Shown here one piece after another: positions 24,104 to 34,879 of a stretch of DNA of 64,000 nucleotides. The stretch's first letter is position 1. Each line of letters opens with the position of its first letter. The notes below the pieces were generated by a model. It made no database searches. It had not been told where the DNA came from and saw only the letters and a program-made list of their open reading frames with translations. This stretch comes from Mobula hypostoma (taxonomy: Eukaryota), in the NCBI RefSeq assembly GCF_963921235.1, contig NC_086101.1, forward strand, positions 192,138,001-192,202,000. Reading direction: 5' to 3'. The position numbers were made by a program, and so were the translations under genes.

Positions 24104-24447
24104 GGCCACGTTACCCTGTGAGTTCACACGGCCTCCGCAGAGCCTCACCGCACACAGGGTGACGTGGATGAGGAAGGATCCCTACCGACACATCGTCACA
24201 TTCATGCGTTATGAACATGGATCGTGGGCAGCGGAAAACGGAGTGACTCGGTACGAGCTCGTCCGGGACTCAGAGCGAGGAAACGCCTCGATCAGGATAA
24301 AGCAGCTGAGTGTGGAGGACAGTCACAGCTACCTGTGTCTGGCTGAGTTCAGGAAAATGAACCATGATTATTCATCCTATGGAGACCACGTCAAACCCCC
24401 ATTTATCCATGTGTTCCAGAGTGAGATCCAGCTGCAGGTCAGACCAG
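24104..24447 (+). pseudogene. Ig V-set exon, copy 2, 5'-truncated and fused to the Gypsy 3' LTR
   Basis: Begins at ATLPCEF; the native acceptor and first ~15 codons are missing; both cysteines and the donor GTAAGA (24448) are retained. Confidence 0.88.
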
Positions 24448-25454
24448 GTAAGAAATCATTGACCCATTCTGCAGGGTATGGGGAGGATTTGGGAGTGCGG
24501 GGGCGGGGGGAGAAGTGAAGCCTGCTACCATTATCCTTTCTCTAATCAACCCCAACCCCAGGTTTATTGTCTGTGCCCGAGTGAGATCTGACTGTAGATC
24601 AGACCTGGAAAAGAACCTGTCGCCACATTCAAATTCAAGTTTAATTGTCAATCAGCCACACATGCATACAGCACAACCAAACACTGTTTCTCCAGGGACA
24701 AGGTGTAAAGCAGAGTAGCAACAGCACACAGTACACATCGTTACGATAGCAGAAAAGCATACAGTCACAAAAACACATAATATAGCCCAAGTTCCTGAGT
24801 GTTCTGGCTTGTAGCTTGATGGCAGATTGGATATTGTCCTGGTCCAGCTTGTCTCTCACTAAGTGAACACTGGAGGGCAGCACTGAGCAACAGAGGAAGG
24901 CATCACCAATGGGAGGGGCCTGTCCCCCACCCACTACGGACTCCAGCACGTCCACGGAGGCCTTTGCTCTCTCCCACACCGTCTCGGCATCTTCTGCAGT
25001 GTTCAGGGATGGGTCGGGATCTCCAGCACCCGTTGTATTATGTGTCCAGACTCTGGGACTGAGTGTTATGTTGGCCACTCCCAGCCTCGGCTGGTGATGA
25101 GTTCCGTTTCCCCACCACATCTCCATCTCAGACGGTCCTTCACACAGGGTGGCCCCCAGACCTTCAACGGGCCCCCGGTCGGGGCCTTGCCTGAGCCTGG
25201 GAGGAATGAGTGGATTCTAACGGAGGATCAGGAAGCTTCCCAGAGAAGACACACACCCAATGTTTCAGGAAGAGCTTCTTCCTTTCTGCCGTCAGGTTTC
25301 TGAATGGACAGTCAGAAAATGGAGGACCAGCTCACTTTTTCTCCTTTTTTTCTCTCTTTTTGTGCTACTTATTTAATTTAAAATTATACATGTGGATATA
25401 TATTTCTTACTGTAATTTACGGTTTTTTTATAAATATGTATTGCAATGTATAAC

Positions 25455-25779
25455 AGGGTGGCAGGGTAAAGATATATCTTTACCAAAGGAGGTGTAAGAC
25501 ACTCCTTCCCTCCGCTAGCCTTCACTTTACCCTTTGGCGAGGTGTCGCCCCTGCTTAGCCCCCGATCAGGGTCACGTGAAGCCCTGAGAGCAGGTGGTGG
25601 ATGGTCGTGTGAGCAGCCGGTGCAGATCACCAGTCCTGGTGATGTGATACCAGGCAGACAATCTCTGAAGAGTATTGATAATGGCTGGGGTCACCCGTCT
25701 TGTAAGGATACTGCTCAGAAGAAGGCAATGGCAAACCACTTCTGTAGAGAAGTTTGTCAAGAACAACCATGGTCATAAA
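25455..25779 (+). mobile_element. SINE-like element with an RTE-type 3' end (paralog at about 32356-32678)
   Basis: GAAGAAGGCAATGGCAAACCACT tail motif typical of RTE/BovB-mobilised SINEs; present in both duplicated units. Confidence 0.55.
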
Positions 25780-26159
25780 CAGGAGAAAATCTGCAGATGC
25801 TGGAGATCCAGAGGAACACACACGAAATGCTGGAGGAACTCAGCAGGTCGGGCAGCATCTATGGAAAAAGATTGAAAGGTTCATTTTATTGTCAAAGTAT
25901 GCACGCAGAATGCAACTCTGATATTCAACTTCTCCAGATAGCCATGATATACAGAAAACACATGGGATTCATTATGAAAGAAGACGTCAACACCCCTCCC
26001 ACATGAAAAGTAAAAGTAAAAAAGTAAAAAGCTCGCAAACCTCAAACACCCTCCCAACTCCTTCCCTCACACAAAAAACAATACATCATCCCCTAGAACC
26101 CCAACCCGCCAATCGACAACAAGAAAGAAAACAGAAACTGAAGGAGAGCAAAATAAACT

Positions 26160-26795
26160 ACCTCATAAATTGACACTTTTGTTCGGTATAATCCCTCAAT
26201 TTATTCCTGGTATTTCTATATCAGACCAACATGTAATTACATTTGTTACATTATTGGCCAGAAGGGCTATTTTATTGAAATGGAAAGATGCCTCTGCTCC
26301 CACTTTGATATAATGGTTCCCTCAGGTGATGTTATGTCTTAGTTTGGAAAAAATCAGAAGTCGAACTTTTGATCTTTGATTTGACTTTGAGAAAAGGTGG
26401 GGTTCTTTTGCCCACTACTGTCATTTGATTTGAGTTAATTAAGATGGTTCCCTTCTGATTCTTGTATAAATGGAGTTGAGTTGGCGGATTGATGTTTTAT
26501 CTTTTATGGAAGTTTGTATGGCGTATAGCTCCGTGGTTGTGCTCCCAATGGGTTTTTTTGGAGGTTTTTTTTGTTAGTAGGGGTTTCATTTTGTTTTAGT
26601 TCTTAAGGGTTCTTTTTCGCTCCTTTCTTTTTTCCAAAAAATTAGTTTTAACATTTTATTTTTTCTTATTATTATTGTTTAGCTTTGTTAATCAGTTATT
26701 TGATCATTTAATTTCTCATTGTACACATTGACACGTTGACTTGATTAGTGTATTTTTTTTTGTTGATCTTCAATAATAATTAATAAAAAAAGATT
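26160..26795 (+). mobile_element. L1-clade LINE 3' fragment
   Basis: Translates ...LLARRAILLKWKDASAPT...LSLEKIR..., then a T-rich 3'UTR and A tail; absent at the paralogous position in unit 3 (about 33050). Confidence 0.8.
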
Positions 26796-29700
26796 TATAA
26801 ATGAAAATGAGTCCTGATGAAGGAGTCAGCCTGAAACGCCAGCTGTTTACTCTTCTCCAGAGATGCTGCCTGGCCTGCTGAGTTCCTCCAGCATTTTGTG
26901 TGTGTTAGTCATGGTTCAGAGACTGTGATTGCCCACATCACACAACACAGCACACACTGATGATGATGATTGCAATGTACTGCTACACAAAACACAAGCC
27001 AGTGAAATTATCCGAATCCCCATTGTGATTCTGCAGAACGTCAGGGGGAGGAGGCAGACAGGACACGATGACAGGACTCAAACTGTGACATTGATCAAGA
27101 CAGAAGCCAGCCTCCCCTCTGTGGATTCTGTCTACACTTCTCCCTGCCTCTGTGAAACAGGCTGCAAAATCAAAGCCCCCTCCCATCCACCCTGGTCATC
27201 CTCTCTTCTGCCCTCTCCCATTGGGCAGAAGATACAACAGCCTGGATGCACGGAGCACCAGGCTGAAGGACAGCTTTTATCCTGCAGTTATAACGACTGA
27301 GTGGTCCCCGAGTACGATACGATGCACTCTTGACCTCATTGTTTATTTGTTTATTAATTTAGAGACACCGCACGGAACAGACCCTTCCGGCTCAATGAGT
27401 CCCACCACCCAGAAACCCACCGATTGAACCCACCACAATTCACAATGACCAATTAACAATGAACAATTTACAATGCCCAATTATATAAAAAGTTAAATTA
27501 AATAATTCGTGCAAAAGGAGAAAAAAGGTCGTGAGGTAGCGTTCATGGGTTGAATGTCTATTCAGAAATCTGATAGCGGAGGGGAAGAAGCTGTTTCTGA
27601 AACATCGAGTGTGTGACTTCAGGCTCCTGTACCACCAGCCTGATGGTAGCAATGAGAAGAGGGCACGTCCTGGGTTATGGGGGTCCTCAGTGATGGACGC
27701 CTCCTTGTTGAAGCATCTCCTTTTGAAGATGTCTTGGATGTTAGGTAGGCTAGTGCCCATAAGACCATGAGGCATGGGAGCAGAATTAGGCCATTCAGCC
27801 CATTGAGTCTTCTCTGCTATTTCAACATGGCCGATCCATTTCCCTCTCAGCCCCAATCTCCTGCCTCCTCCCCATATCACTTCACACCCTGACCAGTGAA
27901 GAGTCTATCAACCTCCGCCTTCAATATACCCAATGAACTGGCCTCCACAGCCACACGTGGCAACAAATTCTACAGATTCTTCACTCTCTGGCTGAAGAAA
28001 TTCCTCCTCATCTCCATTCTAAAATTGAACTGACTTGATTTCTCACATCTTTTAAATGTATGGGGAGTAAAAAACTTTATGTTACATCTCTTCAAATGTG
28101 CAATTATAGTAATTTATAATGTATTGTGTACAGCAGGATAGTCAGTATAACATAGAAACACAGTAGTGTCAACATGAATTAAGCATTCTGATGGCCTGGT
28201 GGAAGAAGCTGTCCCGGAGCCCGTTGGTCCTGGATTTTATGCTGCTTTCTGTCAGATCGCTGGCTGGTGGTAAGAGTGGGCTCCCTCACCTCTGTCCCTC
28301 TGACCCTCAACACAGGTGCCCCTCAAGGCTGTGTACTAAGCCCCCACCTTTGCTCTCTGTATACCCATGACTGTGTCGACAGCCACAGCTCCAATCTGCT
28401 AATTAAATTTGCTAACGACAATGCACCCTGTATTCTGAGGCTGTGTTCTCTGGGTTAAGACTCCCCACCATAGGAATACTCTTCACATTCATTCTATCAA
28501 GGTCTTTCAGCATTCAATTGGTTTCAATCAGATCCCCATCATTCTTCTGAATTTCAGTGAGTACAGGCCCAGAGCCCTCAAACTCTCCTCATATCAGAAG
28601 TTTTGAGAGGAGGGGACTTCAATCAGGTCCACTGCCCAAGGATAAAAGGCAGCAATGGGTCACGGTGGTGAAAAAGAGCTTTGAACAGTGACCATTTGGT
28701 GTTTGGGATCGTTACATTGTAGTGAACTGTGTTATCACACTGTACTGAGTAGTATTGTTACACTGTAGTGATCAGGGTTGTTACACTCTACTGAAAGGTT
28801 TGTTACACTCCAGTGATTAGCGCTGTTACACTGTTGCCTCTAGTGTTACACTGTACTGATTAGTGTTGTTACACTGTATTGATTAGTGTTGTTACAGTCT
28901 ACTGTGTAGTGTTGTTACACTGTACTGATTAGTTTGTTACACTGTCGTAACTGGTGTCATTACACTGTACTGACTAGTGTTATTACACTGTGCGGAAAAG
29001 TGTTGCTACACATAATGACTAGTGTTGTTACACTGTACTGATTAGTGTTGTTACACTCGTTTCTAGTGTTACTCTGCAAAGACTCATGTTTTACATGAGT
29101 AGTGATTAGTGTTGTACTTTACTCTTGTGTTGTTACACTGTACTGATTAGTGTTGTTACACTGCAGTTATTTATGTTGTTACACTGTAATGATTTGTGTT
29201 GTTACAGTGTACTGACTAGCATTGATACACTGCAGTGACTAGTGTTACAATGTATGGTTCAGTGTTGTTACACTGTATTGATATGTGATGTTACATGGTA
29301 ATTCTTAGTTGTACTGAACTGACTAGTGTTTTATACTGTACTGAATAGTGTTGTTACTCTTTACTGACTAGTGTTGTTACACTGTATTGAATAGTGTTGT
29401 TGCATTCTTGTGATTAATGCTGTTACACTGCACTGATTAGTGTTGTTACTCTGTAGCAATTTATGTTATTACCTGTACTGATTAATGTTGTTACCTGTAG
29501 TGACTAGTGTTGTTACACTGTAGTGATTAGTGTTGTTACTCTGTAGTGATTTATGTTGTTACCTGTACTGATTAATGTTGTTACCTGTAGTGATTAGTGT
29601 TGTTACACTGTAGTGATTAGTGTTGTTACTCTGTAGTGATTTATGTTGTTACCTGTACTGATTAATGTTGTTACCTGTAGTGATTAGTGCTGTTACACTG

Positions 29701-30109
29701 TACTTACTAGTGTTGTTACACTGTATTTTGTGTTGTTACATTCCAGTGATTAGTGCTGTTACACTGTACTTACTAGTGTTGTTACACTGTATTTTGTGTT
29801 GTTACATTCTAGTGATTAGTTCTGTTACACAGTACTGCTTAATGTTGTTACCTCTCCGGACTAGTTGTTGCACTGATCTGACTGGTGTTTTAATTCTGTA
29901 CTGATTATTCTTGTTACACTGTACTGCTTAGTGTTATTACACTGTCACCATTAGTGTAGTTACACTGTTGGGATTCATTTTGTTACACTGTTGTGATTTT
30001 TGGTGTAACAGTGTACTGACTAGTTACACAGTACTGACCAGTGTTTTTAAACTGCAGTGATTAGTGTTGTTACACTATTCCGATTATTGCCGTGATACTC
30101 TACTGATTC

Positions 30110-30330
30110 AGCGTGTGTCCTTGAGCAAGGCACTTAACCACACAATGCTCCAGTCTACCCAGCTGAAAAATGGGTATGGGCAAAAACGCTGGGGTTAACC
30201 TTGTGATAGACTGCCGTCCTATCCGTGGCGGTGGGGGGGGGGAGTCTCATACTCTCAGTCACTTCATGGCACAGAAACCGGCATAAGCACCTGCCTGATG
30301 AGCCACAAAGGCTCGGGACAGGACTTTCAC
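30110..30330 (+). mobile_element. CORE-type SINE fragment
   Basis: GTGTCCTTGAGCAAGGCACTTAACC core-like motif followed by a LINE-like tail. Confidence 0.55.
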
Positions 30331-30354
30331 TCTGCTGATTAGTGTTGTTACACT

Positions 30355-30570
30355 TCAAAGATGCTGGTGAACGCAGCAGGCCAGGCAGCATCTCTAGGAA
30401 GAGGTACAGTCGATGTTTCAGGCCGAGACCCTTCGTCTTCGACTGACGAAAGGTCTCAGCCTGAAACGTCGACTGTACCTCTTCCTAGAGATGCTGCCTG
30501 GCCTGCTGCGTTCACCAGCAACTTTGATGTGTGTCGCTTGAATTTCCAGCATCTGCAGAATTCCTGTTGT
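30355..30570. mobile_element. Short Penelope-derived element forming an 83-bp-arm hairpin
   Basis: 30355-30437 is the reverse complement of 30445-30527 (about 4 mismatches; 7-nt loop TTCGACT); the sequence matches the termini of the 17388-19613 element. Confidence 0.9.
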
Positions 30571-31364
30571 TAGTGTTGTTACACTGTAGTGATTAGTGTT
30601 GCTACACTGTACTGACTAGTGTTGTTACACTGTAGTGATTAGTGTTGCTACACTGTACTGGCTAGTGTTGTTACACTGTAGTGATTAGTGTTGTTACACT
30701 GTTCTGATTATTGCTGTGATGCTGTGCTGATTACTAGTGTTACACTGTAGTGATTTGTTTTGTTGCCTTTAGTGACTAGTATTATTTCACTGAATTATAT
30801 TGAATTGAATTGACTTAATAACTTACAACCTTCATACACTGCACAGACTAGTGTTGTTACATCGTTGTGACTAGTGTTGTTAGAATGTACTGATTCGTGT
30901 TGTAACAGTACTGATTAGTGTTGTTACACTGTATGATTAGTGTTGTTACACTGTAGTGATTAGTGTTATTACACTGCACTGATTGTTGTTATACTGTACT
31001 GGTTGGTGTTGTTACACTGTACTGATTAGTGTTGTAACACTCGACTGTTTGGTGTTACACTCTCCTGATTAGTGTTGGTGTCAATTGGTTCAACAACTGA
31101 ATGGTTGAAGGGAATTAGCTGTTCCTGAACGTGGTGGTGTGAGATTTAGGCTTCTCTACCTCCTGCCCGATCGGACTGTTTTATGTTCGAAAGAGTTTCT
31201 CTTGTTGGAATGGTTTGCAATTAGTCAGACACATGTGGGGGTGTTTTCATTTGGGAGGGTGCTGAGGGGAGTTTTTATTATTTTGTAGACTGGAAATTTT
31301 GTCAGTGGTTAAACATGTTTGGTGGTGGTTAACTGATTTATTCTGGCACCTGTCCTTCCCTCAG

Positions 31365-31754
31365 CTCCCGGCGAGAGTGTCTCTGTGATGACTGGAACCG
31401 AGGGAGCTTCGGCCACGTTACCCTGTGAGTTCACACGGTCTCCGCAGAGCCTCACCGCACACACGGTGACGTGGATGAGGAAGGATCCCTACCGACACAT
31501 CGTCACATTCAGGCGTTATGAAAATGGATCGTGGGCAGCGGAAAACGGAGTGACTCGGTACGAGCTCGTCCGGGACCCAGAGCGGGGAAACGCTTTCATC
31601 AGGATAAAGCAGCTGAGTATGAATGACAGTCACAGCTACCTGTGTCTGGCTGCCTTCAGGAAAAAGAGCCATAATTATTCATCCTACAGAGACCACGTCA
31701 AACCCCCATTTATCCATGTGTTCCAGAGTGAGATCCAGCTGCAGGTCAGACCAG
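31365..31754 (+). CDS. Ig V-set exon, copy 3
   Basis: Acceptor ccttccctcAG (31363-4) and donor GTAAGA (31755); 390 nt, phase 1-1, open; 19 nt differences from copy 1 by manual count. Confidence 0.93.
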
Positions 31755-33274
31755 GTAAGAAACCATTGACACATTCTGCAGGGTATGGGGAGGATCTTGG
31801 GAGTGGGGGCGGGGGGGGAGAAGTGAAGCCTGCTACCATTATCCTTTCTCTAATCCACCCCCACCCTGGGTTTATCGTCTGTCTCCGAGTGAGATCTGAC
31901 TGTAGATCAGATCTGGAAAAGAACCCATTGTATTATGTGTCCAGACTCCGGGACTGAGTGTTATGTCGGCCACTCCCAGTCTCGGCTGGTGATGAGTTCC
32001 GTTTCCCCACCACATCTCCATCTCAGACGGTCCTTCACACAGGGTGGCCCCAGACCTTCAACGGGCCCCCCGGCAGGGCCTTGCCTGAGCCTGGGAGGAA
32101 TGAGTGGAGTTCTAACGGAGGATCAGGAAGCTTCCCAGAGAAGACACACACTCAACATTTCAGGAAGAGCTTCTTCCTTTCTGCTGTCAGGTTTCTGAAT
32201 GGACAATCAGAAAGTGAGGACCATCAACTTTGTCTCCTTTTTTCTCACTTTTTGTTCTCTCTTTCTGTGCAACTTATCTAATTTAAAATTATTTGATAGA
32301 TATTTCTTATTGCAGTTTACAGATTTTTATTAATATGTATTGCAATGTATTGTAGGATGGCAGGGTGAAAATACGTCTTTACCAAAGGAGGTGTAAGACA
32401 CTCCTTCCCTCTGCTAGCCTTCACGTTACCCTTTGGCGAGGTGTAGCCCCTGCTTAGCCCCCGATCAGGGTCACGTGAAGCCCTGAGAGCAGGTGGTGGA
32501 CGGTCGTGTGAGCAGCCGGTGCGTATCACCAGTCCTGGTGATGTGACACCAGGCAGAGAGTCTCTGAAGAGTACTGATAATGGCTGGGGTCACCCGTCTT
32601 GTAAAGACACTGCTCAGAAGAAGGCGATGGCAAACCACTTCTGTAGAGAAATTTGCCAAGAACAACCATGGTCATAAACAGGAGAAAATCTGCAGATGCT
32701 GGAGATACAGAGCAACATACACAAAATGCTGGAGGAACTCAGCAGGTCAGGCAGCATCTATGGAAAAAGGTTGAAAGGTTCATTTTATTGTCAAAGTATT
32801 CATGCAGAATACAGTTCTTATATTCATCTTCTCCAGATAGCCATGATGTACAGAAAAACCATGGGATTCATTAAAAGAAAAGACGTAAACCCCCCTCCTA
32901 CACGAAAATTAGAAAGAAAGAAACTCACAAACCTCAAACACCCTCCCAACTCTCTCCCCCACACAAAAAATAATATATGGTTCCCCTAGAACCCCAACCC
33001 ACCAATCGGCAACAAGAAAGAAAACAGAAACTGAAGGAGAGCAAAATAAACTACAGTCCAATAATCCCATCAGTCTCAGAATTTTGATTCTGCAGAACAT
33101 CAGGGGGAGGAGGCAGATAGGACACGATGACAGGGCTCAACCTGTGACATTGATCAAGACAGAAGCCAGCCTCCCCTCCGTGGATTCTGTCTACACTTCT
33201 CCCTGCCTCTGTGAAACAGGCTGCAAAATCAAAGACCCCCTCCCATCAGCTGGTACATCCTACGAGCCAGTACA

Positions 33275-33422
33275 TCCTTAGACCGTGGAGGAAACTGGAG
33301 CACCCGGAGGAAACCCACGCGATCACAGGGAGAACGTACAAGGCGGTGCAGGAATTGAACTCTGAACTCCGACACCCCGAACTGTAATAGTGTCACGCTA
33401 ACGGCTGTGCTACCGTGGCACC
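33275..33422 (-). mobile_element. V-SINE (HE1-like) fragment
   Basis: Reverse complement of the V-domain motif GGGTTTCCTCCGGGTGCTCCAGTTTCCTCC. Confidence 0.75.
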
Positions 33423-34117
33423 CCACTTCGTCATGGCCCTGCTCCTCACTGCCTGCCCGCACTGCACTTTCTCAGTAACTGTCACACTTTATTCTGCACT
33501 CTGCTGTTGTTTTCCCCTGTACTGCCTCAGTGTACTGATGTGATGAAATGATCTGCTCGGACAACAAAGTTTTTCAGTTCCCCAGCTACTTGTGACAGGA
33601 ATGAATCGACGACCAGTTCACCTCTCGTGCTTGCTGAAGAGTTGTCGAATCTCTTGACCTGCAATTTTTTTCTCCTCTATGTGTTAAGCATGGAACATAC
33701 AGCACAGTACAGGCCATTCAGCCCATCTGTAACTTACTCCAAGATCAGTCTAACCCTTCGCTCCCTTCAAAACCCTCCATTTTCTATCATCCATCTATGT
33801 AAGAGTCTCTTAAATGTCCCTAATGAATCTACCACTACCATCAACCCCAGCACCCACCACTCTTTGTGTAGAAAAACTTACCTCTTACACCCCCCCCATA
33901 CTTTCCTCCAATCACCTTAAAATTATGCCCCCTTGGGTTAGCCATTTCTGCCCTGGGAACGTCCATGTGTAATTTAAAATTAAATATTAGATAATTATAA
34001 ATTACATGTATAAATTTAAATTAAGTAAGTTGCACAAAAAGAAATAAAAGGAAAAAAAGGGAGTTGGTCCTCACTTCTCTGATTGTCCATTCAGAAATCT
34101 GACGGCAGAAAGGAAGA

Positions 34118-34295
34118 CTCACAACACGCTGGAGGAACTCAGCAAGTCGGGCAGTATCCGTGGAAACAATGAGTCGACGTTTCAGGCCGGAACCCTTCGT
34201 CAGGACTGTAGAGGGAAGGGGCAGAGGCCCTATAAAGAATGTGGGGGGAGGGTGGGAAGGGGAAGGCTGGTAGGTGCCAGGTGAAAAACCGGTAA
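34118..34295 (-). mobile_element. Short Penelope-derived insertion with a hammerhead motif (34172-34207)
   Basis: 14-bp TSD GGCAGAAAGGAAGA at 34104-34117 and 34296-34309; minus strand reads AGTC-CTGACGA-agggttccggcct-GAAA-CGTC-GACT. Confidence 0.85.
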
Positions 34296-34879
34296 GGCAG
34301 AAAGGAAGAAGCTCTTCCTGAAACATTGAGTGTGTGTCTTCTCTGGGCACGTCCTGGGTTATGGGTGTCCTTAGTGATGGATACCTCCTTGTTGAGGCGT
34401 CTCCTTTCGAAGATGTCTCGGATGTTGGGTAGGCTAGTGCCCATGAGACATGGGAGCAGAATTAAGCCAGTCAGCCCATCGAGTCTTCTCTGCTATTTCA
34501 ACATGGCCAATCCATTCCCCTCTCAGCCCCAGTCTCCCTCCTCCTCCCCGTATCACTTCACGCCCTGACCAGTCAAGAATCTATCAGTAAATATACCCAA
34601 TGAACTGGCCTCTGCAGCCACATGTGGCAACGAATTCTACAGATTCGTCACTCTCTGGCTGAAGGAGATCCTCCTCATTTCCATTTGAAAAGGGCATGCC
34701 TCTATTCAGAGGCTGTGTTCTCTGGTCTTCGACTCCTCACCATAGGAAATGTCCTCCCCTCAACCACTCTATCAAGATCTTTCAACATTCAATAGGTTTC
34801 AATGAGATCCCCATCATTCTTCTGAATTGCAGTGAGTACAGGCCCAGAGCCCTCAAACTCTCCTCATATCAGAAGTTTT

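Larger units (their letters stand above)
17268..24107 (+). mobile_element. Non-autonomous Ty3/Gypsy LTR retrotransposon, 3' LTR truncated
   Basis: 5' LTR TGTAAG (17268) to GCTACA (20206), interrupted by a Penelope element; PBS; PNMA-like gag; protease; RT fragment; polypurine tract 23492-23503; second LTR from TGTAAG at 23505, roughly 90% like the first by eye. Confidence 0.93.
28710..31080. repeat. ~2.4-kb degenerate ~22-bp satellite upstream of V exon 3, interrupted by a SINE and a Penelope-derived hairpin
   Basis: The consensus TAGTGTTGTTACACTGTACTGAT recurs throughout. Confidence 0.95.

Noticed and set aside
11998-31754. V exons as rearranging Ig, TCR or IgNAR gene segments
   Set aside because: Each exon already includes the G strand and ends at a GT donor; no heptamer-nonamer signal follows.
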